Both the position numbers and the translations under genes were made by a program. DNA of 64,000 bases from Opitutales bacterium (GTDB lineage: Bacteria > Verrucomicrobiota > Verrucomicrobiia > Opitutales > JABSRG01), in assembly GCA_049599475.1 (NCBI GenBank), contig JBMYOQ010000004.1, positions 79,611 to 143,610 on the forward strand, given 5' to 3'. Under the pieces are notes generated by a model. It was given only the letters and a program-made list of their open reading frames with translations, did no database searches and was not told where the DNA came from. Positions 50,357 through 61,260 of this stretch are shown piece by piece. Position 1 is the stretch's first letter. The number at the start of each line of letters is the position of its first letter.

Positions 50357-51595
50357 CTACCAAGACATGCTCTTCAAACGGCGCGCGACTTCTTCCGCGT
50401 TTGCGCGACTGTTGAAGGCAGAAAGGCGGAAATAGCCCTCGCCCTTGGATCCGAAACCAGAGCCTGGAGTTACGACGACATTTGCTTCCTTGAGCATGCG
50501 GTCGAACATCTCCCAGCTGGTCACGCCTTCTGGATTGGCGATCCAAATGTAAGGTGCGTGTTCGCCGCCGTAAACAGTCAAGCCAGCCGATTGAGCCGCC
50601 TCAGAGAGGAGCTTCGCATTGCTCATGTAATGCTCGATGAGCTCGGCTACCTGCTTTTTGCCCTCTTCGCTGTAGAGCGCTTCCGCAGCGCGCTGAATTG
50701 GGTAGGAGACACTGTTGAACTTAGTCGTGGTCCGTCGCAGCCAGAGGCGATGCAGATCGACTTCTTCACCACTTTCAGTGCTTCCCTTTAATTCCTTGGG
50801 GACGATGGTGTAAGCGCAGCGGAGGCCAGTGAATCCACCGTTCTTCGAGAATGAGCGTAGCTCGATCGCGCAGGTCTTCGCACCGGGGATCTCATAGATC
50901 GATTTTGGGATCGATGCATCTTGGATGAAGGCACCATAGGCGGCATCGTAGAAAATGATCGCGTTGTGCTTGTTAGCGTATTCGACCCACTCCGTGAGCT
51001 GCTCGCGCGTAGCGACGCCGCCGGTCGGATTGTTTGGGTAGCACAGGTAAATAAGGTCTACTGGCTCGTCTGGGATTGAAGGGACGAAGCTATTTTCCTT
51101 GGTGCAAGGAAGGTAGTAAATGCCTGGGTAAGAGCCATCTTCGTTTGCTGGACCGGTCCGTCCGACCATGACGTTTGTGTCGACGTATACCGGGTAGACA
51201 GGGTCGGTAATCGCTACCTTGTTATCGGCTCCGAAAATATCGAGGATGTTGGCGCTGTCGCACTTAGATCCGTCGGAAACGAAGACTTCGTCGTCGGCGA
51301 TCTCGATGCCATTCGAACGGTAGTCATTTTCCGCGATCGCGGCTCTCAGGAAGTCGTAGCCTTGCTCGGGGCCATAGCCACGGAATGAAGAGCGGTCGGC
51401 CATTTCGTCCATAGCTTTGTGGACGGCTTGCACCGCTGCATCGGGGAGTGCCTCGGTCACGTCGCCGATACCGCATTTAATAATCTTCTCAGCGGCCTCA
51501 GGATTTGCCGCAGTAAACTCGCGTACGCGGCGCCCGATCTCGGGAAATAAATAGCTAGCGGCTAATTTCAGATAGTTATCGTTGATTTTTGCCAT
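50357..51595 (-). CDS. dapL: LL-diaminopimelate aminotransferase
   Basis: [42 protein letters not shown]. Confidence 0.96.
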   Translation of the reverse strand: MAKINDNYLKLAASYLFPEIGRRVREFTAANPEAAEKIIKCGIGDVTEALPDAAVQAVHKAMDEMADRSSFRGYGPEQGYDFLRAAIAENDYRSNGIEIADDEVFVSDGSKCDSANILDIFGADNKVAITDPVYPVYVDTNVMVGRTGPANEDGSYPGIYYLPCTKENSFVPSIPDEPVDLIYLCYPNNPTGGVATREQLTEWVEYANKHNAIIFYDAAYGAFIQDASIPKSIYEIPGAKTCAIELRSFSKNGGFTGLRCAYTIVPKELKGSTESGEEVDLHRLWLRRTTTKFNSVSYPIQRAAEALYSEEGKKQVAELIEHYMSNAKLLSEAAQSAGLTVYGGEHAPYIWIANPEGVTSWEMFDRMLKEANVVVTPGSGFGSKGEGYFRLSAFNSRANAEEVARRLKSMSW

Positions 51596-51878
51596 CCGGA
51601 GAAAAAGGAAGCGAAGTGCACTAAAATCAACTTAAAATAGAAAGTTAGGGGACCCTGCGCGCATATTAGAGTGATTTACCTGGATTCTGGTCGAACTTGG
51701 TGCCGGAGTTTCAAAATCTCCAATGGAGTTTACACAGTGGCGACGCCCATTGAAAATTGGACCCCCAGTAAAGCGTGTGATCGGCAACATTTGTGTATTA
51801 CAAATGTGTTAAGTTAGCTCTCGACAGGCCGACCTGCTCCGTTGATCCTCCCCGGTTTCAATGCTGGCTGAGTAATCC

Positions 51879-53792
51879 ATGAGCGACTCCATCAAACACG
51901 AGTGCGGTATCGTAATGATCCGCTTGAAGAAACCCTTATCCTATTTCCAGGAGAAATATGGAACGCCTCTTTGGGGCTTCAATAAGCTCTTTCTCTTGAT
52001 GGAGAAACAGCATAACCGGGGCCAAGATGGCGCTGGAATTGGATGCACCAAAATTGGAATGCCGGTGGGCGAGCAGATCATGTTTCGCGAGCGAAGCAAC
52101 GACCGCAACGCGCTCAGCAAGATTTTCAATACTCAGCTCAAGCAGTATGATGAGATGGTGCAGTCGGGAAAAATCCACCCGGAGTTCGCTAAGACGGTGA
52201 AGCTCAATTTTGATTATGGTGGTGAGCTCCTTATCGGTCACCTGCGCTATGCAACCAGCGGCAATACACAAGAGCGTGCGTGCCACCCTTACTACCGTCG
52301 CAGCAATTGGCCGACACGTACGATGATGCTCGTTGGTAACTTCACCATGACCAATGCTGGGGAGTTGCACGATCGTCTGGCCGCTCGAGGACAGCACCCG
52401 GTATTCGATACGGATACACGGGTAGTCTTGGAAGAAATCGGTTATTTCCTGGATGAGGCTCACAATGAGCAGTATAAGAAGTGTGTGGCTGCAGGGCTCG
52501 AAGGGCCGAGTATTTACGACACCATTAGCCGCGAGCTAGACCCTGCCGATGTCGCTCGGAAGGCGGCAGCCTACTGGGATGGCGGCTATGTCCTCTCCGG
52601 GGTAATTGGCAATGGCGATGCTTTCGTGATGCGGGATGCCCACGGTATTCGTCCCTGCTATTATACTGAAGACGATGAAATGATCGCTTTCGCGTCTGAG
52701 CGGGTCCCTCTCCTGACTGCTTTGGACAAGCGCGTGCGGGATATCCATGAGCTGGAGCCGGGAACCATCACAGTCATTAAGTCGGATGGTACCGTGCGCA
52801 GCGAACGCTTTGCCAAGGAAGCTAAACGCTCGGCTTGCTCATTCGAACGCATCTACTTCTCTCGAGGTAACGACGTAAATATCTACAGCGAGCGGAAAGC
52901 CCTCGGTGCTGCGCTCTCGGATCAGATCCTTTGGTCGATCAACCACGACGTTGATAATGCGATTTTTACCTACATCCCGAATACCGCCGAAATGGCTTAC
53001 TTTGGTTTGATGGGGAAATTGCACTCGATGAACCGCGAACTAGCTGCGCGCCGCCTGTCCGAGGAACTCAAAGCTGGCACGCTCACCGAAGATCGTATTC
53101 AAGAGGTGTTGGGTAACACTGGACCGCGTGGTGAAAAAATTGCCATTAAGGACATCAAGCTACGCACCTTCATTAGTGAAGAGAGTGGTCGCGCACAGTT
53201 GGTTTCGCACGTATACGATGTCGCTTACGGTGTCGTCAAAGCGACCGATACGCTCGTGTGTATTGATGACTCCATTGTCCGAGGAACGACCCTCAAGGAA
53301 TCGATCCTAAAGATGCTCAGCCGCACCGAGCCCAAGAAAATCGTTGTGGCCTCGACCGCTCCGCAGATCCGTTACCCGGATTGCTACGGGATCGACATGT
53401 CTCAGCTGGGTAAATTCATCGCCTTCCAGGCTGCCATTGCCTTGCATAAGGAAATGGGATCTGAGGATACCATAATTGATGTCTACCAGGATTGCTGTGA
53501 CCAGGCGACGAAAGAGCCGTCAGAATTGGTGAACCATGTGAAGCGGATATACGAGCCGTTCACTGACGCCCAGATATCGAAAAAGATTTCCGAATTGGTC
53601 CGCCCTCAGGACATTAAATGGGATGGGGAAGTAGAGATCATTTTCCAGTCCGTTGAGAACCTGCACGCTGCCTGCCCAAGGCACACAGGCGATTGGTATT
53701 TTACAGGTGATTATCCTACCCCCGGAGGCTACGCCGTTTTAAATCAGGCCTTTATTAATTACTACGAAAACCGTTCTGGTCGTAGTTATTAA
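51879..53792 (+). CDS. purF: Amidophosphoribosyltransferase (long form)
   Basis: Short propeptide then HEC, QHNRGQDGAG, GHLRYAT, CSFERIYFSR, DDSIVRGTT, YPDCYGIDM. Confidence 0.93.
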   Translation: MSDSIKHECGIVMIRLKKPLSYFQEKYGTPLWGFNKLFLLMEKQHNRGQDGAGIGCTKIGMPVGEQIMFRERSNDRNALSKIFNTQLKQYDEMVQSGKIHPEFAKTVKLNFDYGGELLIGHLRYATSGNTQERACHPYYRRSNWPTRTMMLVGNFTMTNAGELHDRLAARGQHPVFDTDTRVVLEEIGYFLDEAHNEQYKKCVAAGLEGPSIYDTISRELDPADVARKAAAYWDGGYVLSGVIGNGDAFVMRDAHGIRPCYYTEDDEMIAFASERVPLLTALDKRVRDIHELEPGTITVIKSDGTVRSERFAKEAKRSACSFERIYFSRGNDVNIYSERKALGAALSDQILWSINHDVDNAIFTYIPNTAEMAYFGLMGKLHSMNRELAARRLSEELKAGTLTEDRIQEVLGNTGPRGEKIAIKDIKLRTFISEESGRAQLVSHVYDVAYGVVKATDTLVCIDDSIVRGTTLKESILKMLSRTEPKKIVVASTAPQIRYPDCYGIDMSQLGKFIAFQAAIALHKEMGSEDTIIDVYQDCCDQATKEPSELVNHVKRIYEPFTDAQISKKISELVRPQDIKWDGEVEIIFQSVENLHAACPRHTGDWYFTGDYPTPGGYAVLNQAFINYYENRSGRSY

Positions 53793-53824
53793 ACAAACTC
53801 TTACGATATACTCCTGTATCCCCT

Positions 53825-54373
53825 ATGAAAACATCCCTATCTCTCCTGTGCGTATGTCTGATCGCTTCCGGCTGCGCGAACATGAACTCTGGCCAGTCTT
53901 CTGGAAAAAGTGGCGCAATGGATGCATCGATGGCTGCGTCTTCAGAAAAACCAGCTGCTGAGAGTATTGAAGCGACGATATCGACTCCGCTTGCTACTGA
54001 AGTCGACCCTGCAGGCAAAGCCACTTTGATTGAAAAGGCCTTGGGCGCCGTTCTTGAGGCTAATCCAAAACTATCCGCGGAGAACCTGAGTGTTCATCAC
54101 GTCCTCTACAATATGGACAACGTGGGCCCACGCGCAAACAACCAGATAGAGGTCGTCTTTCTCAAGAAAGACTCAGATGTCGTGCGGAAAGGAAAATCTG
54201 ATTTCCGAATCTCTGAGCCGAGCATCACCGCGACCTTTGATGCCGCCGGAGAGCTCGTTGGCGTGAAAAACGGTCGTTTGGGCTACCGGATCAAGGAGGC
54301 AGAATTGCAATCACACTTGGATGCTGGCTATGCGATGTTCGAGCCCAAAAAGAAGAAGAAAAAGAAGCAGTAG
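53825..54373 (+). CDS. Lipoprotein of unknown function with poly-Lys tail
   Basis: Lipobox …IASG-C; ends PKKKKKKKQ. Confidence 0.7.
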   Translation: MKTSLSLLCVCLIASGCANMNSGQSSGKSGAMDASMAASSEKPAAESIEATISTPLATEVDPAGKATLIEKALGAVLEANPKLSAENLSVHHVLYNMDNVGPRANNQIEVVFLKKDSDVVRKGKSDFRISEPSITATFDAAGELVGVKNGRLGYRIKEAELQSHLDAGYAMFEPKKKKKKKQ

Positions 54374-54395
54374 TCCGCTAAAATCATTTTAATAC

Positions 54396-54430
54396 AAAAA
54401 AGCCCGACTCTCATAGAGTGTCGGGCTTTT
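54396..54430. terminator. Bidirectional intrinsic terminator
   Basis: AAAAGCCCGAC…GTCGGGCTTTT stem with A/T tracts between the convergent lipoprotein gene and sucD. Confidence 0.85.
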
Positions 54431-54451
54431 CGTTTAAAGGGATACTGTCTT

Positions 54452-55327
54452 TTAGACCTTGTAGACAGAGAAGAGTGCTTCAGCCATGTGAGATGGCGTG
54501 GCTGCTACAGCGATGCCAGCGTCCTTGAGGGCTGCGATCTTTCCTTCGGCTGAGCCGGAGCTGCCGGATACGATCGCTCCTGCGTGGCCCATACGACGCC
54601 CTGGAGGCGCGGTCGTTCCTGCGATGAACGCAGCGACGGGCTTCTTGACGTTTTCCTTGATGTAGGCAGCAGCTTCTTCTTCTGCAGATCCACCGATTTC
54701 ACCGATCATGATGATTGCCTCAGTTTCTGGGTCTTCGTTGAAGAGCTTGATCGCATCGGTGTGGCTAGTGCCGTTGATAGGGTCACCCCCGATACCGATA
54801 CAGGTCGATTGGCCGTGGCCTGCAGAGGTGATTTGCCAAACTGCTTCGTAGGTCAAGGTTCCTGAGCGAGAGACGATGCCGACCTTACCTGGCTTGTGGA
54901 TGTAGCCTGGCATAATACCGATCTTGCACTCACCTGGAGTGATGACTCCTGGGCAGTTTGGACCGATCAGGCGTGAATTGCTCTCGAGGAGCTTCTTTTT
55001 CACGATAGCCATGTCCTTTACCGGAATGCCTTCAGTGATACAAATGATCAGCTCGATTCCTGCATCGATGGCTTCGAGGATGCCGTCTGCCGCAAATGGG
55101 GGAGGGACGAAAATGCAAGATACGTTGGCACCTTCCTTTTCGACGGTCTCCTTCACAGTGTCGTATACAGGCACCTTATCGAGGAACTTTTGACCGCCTT
55201 TGCCAGGGGTCACACCGCCGACTACGTTTGTGCCGTAGGCCATACATTGCTCAGCGTGGAAGCCGCCAGCTTTACCAGTGATACCCTGGAAAATGACGCG
55301 AGAGTCTTTGTTTACGAGTACGCTCAT
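54452..55327 (-). CDS. sucD: Succinate--CoA ligase alpha subunit
   Basis: [29 protein letters not shown]. Confidence 0.98.
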   Translation of the reverse strand: MSVLVNKDSRVIFQGITGKAGGFHAEQCMAYGTNVVGGVTPGKGGQKFLDKVPVYDTVKETVEKEGANVSCIFVPPPFAADGILEAIDAGIELIICITEGIPVKDMAIVKKKLLESNSRLIGPNCPGVITPGECKIGIMPGYIHKPGKVGIVSRSGTLTYEAVWQITSAGHGQSTCIGIGGDPINGTSHTDAIKLFNEDPETEAIIMIGEIGGSAEEEAAAYIKENVKKPVAAFIAGTTAPPGRRMGHAGAIVSGSSGSAEGKIAALKDAGIAVAATPSHMAEALFSVYKV

Positions 55328-55358
55328 AATAGATTTCTTTTTAAAGTGTTAGCAGCAA

Positions 55359-56552
55359 TTACTTGGACTCTGCGACGAGCTTTACGATCTTCTCAGCAGC
55401 ATCAGCGAGGCTGTCGGCTGCTGTGATTGCGAGGCCGCTCGTGTTGAGCAGTTCTTTACCCGCATCTACGTTGGTGCCTTCGAGGCGGACCACGAGAGGA
55501 ACAGACAGGTTCACCGTCTTAGCCGCTGCGATAACACCGCGAGCGATGACGTCGCACTTCATGATACCTCCGAAGATGTTTACGAGGATACCTTCGACGT
55601 TTGGATCAGAAAGGATGATCTTGAATGCAGCGGTCACATTCTCCTCTGTCGCGCCTCCACCGACATCGAGGAAGTTGGCAGGAGATCCACCGAAATGGTT
55701 GATGATGTCCATGGTCGCCATGGCGAGACCCGCACCGTTCACCATACATGCGATGTTGCCATCGAGAGCGACGTAGTTGAGGTCAAATTTAGACGCTTCG
55801 ACTTCCTTTGGATCCTCCTCCGTGAGGTCGCGGAGTGCGAGGACATCCTTATGGCGGTAGAGCGCATTTGAGTCGAAACTCACCTTGGCGTCGAGGGCAA
55901 CGATGTCGCCTGCGGGAGTCGTGACGAGCGGGTTGATTTCCGCCATGTCGCAATCCTTTTCCCAGAAAAGTTTGTAGAGGCCTCCGAGGAGTTTGCCCAT
56001 TTGCTTGAGCTGCTCCTTGGTGCTGAGTCCGAGGCCGAACGCGATATCGCGCATTTGGTAAAATTGAAGGCCGATTGCTGGGTCTACCTTTACCTTGATG
56101 ATTTTTTCAGGTGTTTTTTCAGCCACTTCTTCGATGTCTACACCGCCCTCAGTAGAAGCGATAATGACAGGGCTGGAAGTTGCGCGGTCCATAAGGATCG
56201 CGAGGTAGTATTCCTTCTCGATGTCGCTGCACTCTGTGAAGTAAACGGTGTTTACCTGGCGGCCCGCTTCACCTGTCTGGTGGGTTACCAGAGTATTGCC
56301 GAGCATTTTGCCAGCGACTTCTTTGGCTTCTTCCTTGGAGCCCATAACTTTTACACCGCCTTTGAAGCCATCGGTAAAGGTGCCTTTTCCGCGTCCTCCA
56401 GCGTGTATCTGTGATTTCACGACGACTGCGCCGTCGGGAAGCGTTGCAAGTGCAGTGTCAAACTCTTCAGCTGATTGAGCTGGGGCACCGGCTGGAACCG
56501 GAACGCCGAAATCGGCGAGGAGCTGTTTTGCCTGGTATTCGTGTATGTCCAT
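55359..56552 (-). CDS. sucC: Succinate--CoA ligase beta subunit
   Basis: [41 protein letters not shown]. Confidence 0.98.
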   Translation of the reverse strand: MDIHEYQAKQLLADFGVPVPAGAPAQSAEEFDTALATLPDGAVVVKSQIHAGGRGKGTFTDGFKGGVKVMGSKEEAKEVAGKMLGNTLVTHQTGEAGRQVNTVYFTECSDIEKEYYLAILMDRATSSPVIIASTEGGVDIEEVAEKTPEKIIKVKVDPAIGLQFYQMRDIAFGLGLSTKEQLKQMGKLLGGLYKLFWEKDCDMAEINPLVTTPAGDIVALDAKVSFDSNALYRHKDVLALRDLTEEDPKEVEASKFDLNYVALDGNIACMVNGAGLAMATMDIINHFGGSPANFLDVGGGATEENVTAAFKIILSDPNVEGILVNIFGGIMKCDVIARGVIAAAKTVNLSVPLVVRLEGTNVDAGKELLNTSGLAITAADSLADAAEKIVKLVAESK

Positions 56553-56766
56553 CTAAGAAAGGGCCAGTTATAAGAATTGCTTAATGTAGGCTTAAGGGCC
56601 TGTGGATGAGCCCCGCGCCTTTTGCTAACAAAGCACAAGATGGAGTGAAAAAACAAGAGGATACCTCTATTTATATAGGTTAGGAGTTCGATCTCTTTTT
56701 AAGCCCCGAATCTATTAAAAATTCTAATGAGTTTATCTTGGCGATGCTCTGCCGAGTACAAAGGAT

Positions 56767-58377
56767 ATGTCGAAACGGCCCAACTTCCTTTGGTTTATCC
56801 TAGACGATGTCTCGCCCTTGTTGTCGGTCTACGGCTATTCGGGAGTCAAAACACCGAACATAGACAGAATCGCGGAAGAGGGGTGTGTCTATGAAAATGC
56901 ATTCGCTACGGCTTCGGTCTGCCCGACATCTAGAAATAGTATTTTCACCGCGCGCTATCAGACTGCGAATGGAGCCCATCATGCGCGCACCACTTTTGCC
57001 GGGAAACGCGCACCAGCGGGTGTCGAGGCCTATCATGCCTGCCCGCCGCCTTATGTGAAGTGTTTCACTGAGTATCTAAGAGCAGAAGGATATTTTTGTA
57101 CGAACAACTCCAAGACCGACTATCAATTCGGAGATCCGTCCTCGGCATGGGATGTGTGCTCAAGTGCGGCCCACTGGAATCAACGCGCCTCCGGGCAACC
57201 GTTCTTTGCTGTTTTTAATCCTGTTAACACCAATGAGAGCAAGCTCTGGCCTGAGAATCGGGTAGGCGAGGCTTCCGCAGATGCGCATTTTGAACTGCCG
57301 CCTTTTTTGGAGGATACCCCGACCGTGCAATCCACCTTTGCCACCCAGTTCAAAAATATCGAAGTGGCGGATGGGATATTAGGTCGGTTGGTTTCAGAGC
57401 TAGAATGGGAAGACCTATTGGATGAAACCGTCATCTTCATCACTAGCGATCACGGTATGGGCGTCCCGCGCTTCAAGCGTACCTTGTTCGATACAGGGAC
57501 CCATGTGCCCTTGATTGTCCGAGCTCCAGGACTCGTCGATGCGAATACGCGGAACGACGCACTCATCAGCTTAATCGACTTAGGGAGCACGGTTTTATCC
57601 CTGGCAGACATTGCAAGGCCTCAGTCGATGCATGGCGAGTCATTCATAGGGAAGAACCGTAGCCCGGAACGGAAATACATTTACTCTGCTCAGGATCGTA
57701 TCGACGAAAGCTACGCCTTGATTCGCTCGGTCCGCGACCAACGGTTTCATTATATTAGACATTACGACTCAGGCGTAGATTCGGCGCCCTGGAGCTCTGT
57801 TGCGAATAACCATCCAATCGCGCGAGAAATTGCTGAAAAACATGCACGGGGTCAGCTGAACCCAGAGCAGAATTATTTTAGCCGTGATGCATGCCCTCCA
57901 GAGGAATTGTATGATGTGCAAGCGGATCCGTGGGAAATGACAAATCTCATCGACGATCCCCTACATTCCGAAGAATTGAAGCGGCTGCGTGCTCACCTCA
58001 ATGCCTGGCAACAGCATGCAGATCCCTGGAGGGATGTCCCAGAGACTGAGATGCTCACGCAATGGTGGTACCACGGCGAGCTACCCGAAACCGAACCACC
58101 CGAAGCCCTCGTCCTGGGATACGAAGCCTCGGGCATTGAACCCCTAGAAACCCAGACTGAGTGGGAAGGTCCGGTGCGCTTGCAATTCACCTGTCCCACC
58201 CAGGGCGCCTCGATCGAATATCAAATCATCCCAGGAACGACCCTCAAATTGTGGAAACTATATGCGGGAAACCTTCCCCTGGGAGTGGGGGACTTCATCA
58301 TTCGCGCCCGAGCCGTTCGCTATGGATACAAACCAAGCCCCGAAGTGAGCTGGAAAATCCGCGTGGATAAAGCTTAG
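56767..58377 (+). CDS. S1 sulfatase-family protein with atypical active-site motif and C-terminal FN3-associated-like domain
   Basis: RPNFLW…DD, TPNID, C-P-T-S-R, SDHG, ELYD…DPWE..NL; C-terminal 'T.GASI.Y…A.RYGY..S'. Confidence 0.88.
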   Translation: MSKRPNFLWFILDDVSPLLSVYGYSGVKTPNIDRIAEEGCVYENAFATASVCPTSRNSIFTARYQTANGAHHARTTFAGKRAPAGVEAYHACPPPYVKCFTEYLRAEGYFCTNNSKTDYQFGDPSSAWDVCSSAAHWNQRASGQPFFAVFNPVNTNESKLWPENRVGEASADAHFELPPFLEDTPTVQSTFATQFKNIEVADGILGRLVSELEWEDLLDETVIFITSDHGMGVPRFKRTLFDTGTHVPLIVRAPGLVDANTRNDALISLIDLGSTVLSLADIARPQSMHGESFIGKNRSPERKYIYSAQDRIDESYALIRSVRDQRFHYIRHYDSGVDSAPWSSVANNHPIAREIAEKHARGQLNPEQNYFSRDACPPEELYDVQADPWEMTNLIDDPLHSEELKRLRAHLNAWQQHADPWRDVPETEMLTQWWYHGELPETEPPEALVLGYEASGIEPLETQTEWEGPVRLQFTCPTQGASIEYQIIPGTTLKLWKLYAGNLPLGVGDFIIRARAVRYGYKPSPEVSWKIRVDKA

Positions 58378-58386
58378 GTAGGGAAA

Positions 58387-58414
58387 TGATGAAGGTTGAG
58401 GGATGAAGGATGAA
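58387..58414 (+). repeat. Heptamer tandem array (GGATGAR-like x4)
   Basis: TGATGAA GGTTGAG GGATGAA GGATGAA. Confidence 0.85.
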
Positions 58415-58460
58415 TTTTGCTCGACGCGCTGAAACGAAATCGTAACTCTCTTTCTTTACT

Positions 58461-58488
58461 CAACGTGGGGCTGTAGCTCAGCGGTTAG
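58461..58488 (+). repeat. 28-bp exact duplicate of tRNA leader and 5' end (partial tRNA)
   Basis: CAACGTGGGGCTGTAGCTCAGCGGTTAG is identical to 58598-58625. Confidence 0.92.
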
Positions 58489-58603
58489 TTCCGAGGAGCG
58501 CAAGCGACGACAACCATTGCCTTAGCAATGCCACAGGGGACCGTCCCCTGCGAAAATAGTCGACGCGCATCCACAACACATTACATATCTATCTTTCCAA
58601 CGT

Positions 58604-58679
<76 letters not shown>

Positions 58680-58688
58680 TATTTGGAA

Positions 58689-58716
58689 GGATGAAGGATG
58701 AGGGATGAAGGATGAC
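58689..58716 (+). repeat. Heptamer tandem array (GGATGAR-like x4)
   Basis: GGATGAA GGATGAG GGATGAA GGATGAC. Confidence 0.88.
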
Positions 58717-58966
58717 GAAGCGCGGAAGCGCGAAGATGGCGCATCCGTAGGATGTGGCCGAAGGCCGACGAGATGGGTGCCCCGGAGGGGCAGTCGAGGA
58801 GCAAACTAGATGAGCCCTGTCTATCACTTGTGATGGGGTTAGTTCCAAGCGTAGCGACAAGACCGGCGTCTATCGACCGGATCACCCACGAAGTGGGTTT
58901 GACGTAGCGCAGCGGAGATGGGCATTAGTCGACAGTTTTTTTTCTTATGCGTATCCTTGTTTCCCT

Positions 58967-60229
58967 CTACAGTAAAATCCGCAAGCCAGTACCTACGGAC
59001 CAGCCTGAGTAAATGTCTTCGCCATTCGAGCTGAGCGTTTCCCATTCGATTCCGGATATGATTTTTAGATTATCTCCGAAGATGTAGTAGTTGTAGCCTA
59101 GATAGAAGCTGTGGTGTTCATCGCCGCGGCCGGAGTTGATGTCGATGGTGTCGTCTTGAGTGGCTCCGAGGCGGGCGTAGCGGCTGTTGAGGCGGATACC
59201 TTCGGATTCTTCAGATGCTTGGTATTGGTAGCGTGCGACGATTTTTTGTTTGTCTGCTTGGAGCCAATACATGGGTTGTAACACTAAACCCCAGAAATCG
59301 CCCTCGCGATTCGGATTGAGTTGATCTCCGTTTTTACCGTAAGCCAGCGTCGTGTGGAAATCCCAGTCGTCTTGCCCCCAGCGGGTGACGAAAGAGAACG
59401 CCCATTCGTTGCCTTTAGCGAGGCGGTCTTCGCCTAGTTCTCCGTCTTGGTAGTAATATGAAAGCCATACATCTGTGGTGTCTAGTCCGGTAGTCTCAGA
59501 ATAATCGCTCTCCCATGACAGGTAGGTGACGGTGCTATCATCCCATCCGCCGATCCAGTCGTCATAAGTGCCGGAGAAGAGGGCTAAGTCGAATGTGTGC
59601 GTGCCGATTGTCGCTTTTGCCCAGGCGGCGAGGGGATTGCCGTTTTCTTCGTCAGAGAGCCATAGCTTGTTGGAGAAGGGCGAGCGTTCTAATGTGTGAA
59701 TGTGGGTTGCCGAACGCTGCCATTCATCAGCCATGCGTCCCGAGCGTCTTCCATAGCCGAGTGTCAGTTTATCGAAAATGCCTGTATCGAAGGCCTGGTG
59801 AGCGCGAAAGGTGATGTTGGCACTGCGGAAGGTTTCGTGCCCAAATTGACGTGCCCCCCCGGGGTAATTGTGTCGATCGTTGGATAGCTGGCTGACTGCT
59901 TTAAACCCAAAATAATTCAGGAAATCGCCTTCGATCCCGGCCCAGAGGCGTCGGATTTCTTCTGAGCTGTCATTGAAGGAAGTCTCGTTTCTATCTTCTC
60001 CATCGATATATCCGAATTGATGCATGTATGCGAAATACAGTTTGAAACGCTGAAAGGGAGCACCCTCTGGATCCTTGTATAACGTGCTGAGGTCTTTTAT
60101 TTCCTGATGCAGAGTATTCTGTGCAGAAGCGAAGTGAGTGATCAAAACTGCAAGGCTCACACACAGAATTACAGGGCGTCTCAAGATTCGCTGGATATTC
60201 GACTTGGGTTTTGTGGCAGAGAAAGGCAT
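58967..60229 (-). CDS. Outer-membrane porin (OprO/P-like beta-barrel)
   Basis: Signal peptide; 'EIRR…G', 'TLERS', amphipathic strands, C-terminal 'GWSVGTGLRILL'. Confidence 0.75.
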   Translation of the reverse strand: MPFSATKPKSNIQRILRRPVILCVSLAVLITHFASAQNTLHQEIKDLSTLYKDPEGAPFQRFKLYFAYMHQFGYIDGEDRNETSFNDSSEEIRRLWAGIEGDFLNYFGFKAVSQLSNDRHNYPGGARQFGHETFRSANITFRAHQAFDTGIFDKLTLGYGRRSGRMADEWQRSATHIHTLERSPFSNKLWLSDEENGNPLAAWAKATIGTHTFDLALFSGTYDDWIGGWDDSTVTYLSWESDYSETTGLDTTDVWLSYYYQDGELGEDRLAKGNEWAFSFVTRWGQDDWDFHTTLAYGKNGDQLNPNREGDFWGLVLQPMYWLQADKQKIVARYQYQASEESEGIRLNSRYARLGATQDDTIDINSGRGDEHHSFYLGYNYYIFGDNLKIISGIEWETLSSNGEDIYSGWSVGTGLRILL

Positions 60230-60312
60230 AGACGTGCAACTGTTCGAAATTGGAGGGGATTAGCTAGGGTGCTCTCAACAATCTCCTCGCGAGCATTAGC
60301 ATCATTCCCCGT

Positions 60313-61260
60313 ATGACACTCAAGGACTATTCCCTCAAAGGCATTTTTACTCCTCACGATGGCCAGATCGAAACGCTGCAAACTCAGGTGCATTGGACTT
60401 TGCGTATTACCGTGGCTCTCTGCTTCATCGGTCATGGCACTTGGGGGCTGATTGCGAAGTCCGGCTGGTTGCCGTTTTTCGCATCGCAAGGCATTCCTAT
60501 GGATGTTGCGTGGACATTGCAGCCTTTGATCGGGGCCTTCGATATTGCTATGGCATTGCTGGTTCTCTGGAAACCGCGCCGCATCATTATCCTCTGGATG
60601 TTTTTCTGGGCTTTGTGGACCGCCGCGCTGCGTCCATTGGCAGGTAATTTAGAGAAATTTCAGGAAAACGGTGAATGGGCGGTGCGCTTGGCGACCAACT
60701 CTATGAATGTGCCCAAAATGCAGACTTGGGAGTTCTGGGAACGCGCGGGTAATTGGGGACCTCCCTTTATGCTACTAGTTATGGGCGGTGTCTTCGCTCT
60801 GCGCTGGAAAGATTGGTTTGGGGCCTATGTTGAGCCGAAAATGAAGGAGACGACCATTGACTGGGTTTTCTTCCTGTGCCGCTGCACGCTTGCGCTACTT
60901 TTGATCGGCCACGCGGGTTTCGGCTTCGCGGTCGAAAAACAAATGCTGATCGATCACTGGCAGTCGATCGGAGTTCCCGCGAATGTTGCCTTCATAAAGG
61001 CCGTAGGATGGGGCGAACTCGTATTGGGACTTTTGGTCTTTATCAGGCCTTCTGTTATCCTCGTCTGGGCTTGCATGCTTTGGAAGCTATTTACCGAGTT
61101 CCTCTATGTGCCCGCTGATACGGTGAAAGGGATGGGCTTCGTTAATATCTTCGAATGGATCGAGCGCTGGGGTGACTATGGTGTGCCGTTGGCGATGCTA
61201 TATATTATCGGGTATCGCGTTGCGAAGGCGAAGGAGGAATCCTCGTCTCTAGCTGCCTAA
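60313..61260 (+). CDS. Membrane protein with two DoxX-like repeats
   Basis: Repeat 1 LR…IGHG…ERAGNWG.P; repeat 2 R…IGHAG…ERWGDYG.P. Confidence 0.75.
   Translation: MTLKDYSLKGIFTPHDGQIETLQTQVHWTLRITVALCFIGHGTWGLIAKSGWLPFFASQGIPMDVAWTLQPLIGAFDIAMALLVLWKPRRIIILWMFFWALWTAALRPLAGNLEKFQENGEWAVRLATNSMNVPKMQTWEFWERAGNWGPPFMLLVMGGVFALRWKDWFGAYVEPKMKETTIDWVFFLCRCTLALLLIGHAGFGFAVEKQMLIDHWQSIGVPANVAFIKAVGWGELVLGLLVFIRPSVILVWACMLWKLFTEFLYVPADTVKGMGFVNIFEWIERWGDYGVPLAMLYIIGYRVAKAKEESSSLAA

Noticed and set aside
51600..51878. ZTP, purine or lysine riboswitch between dapL and purF
   Set aside because: Consensus elements were not found on either strand by eye.
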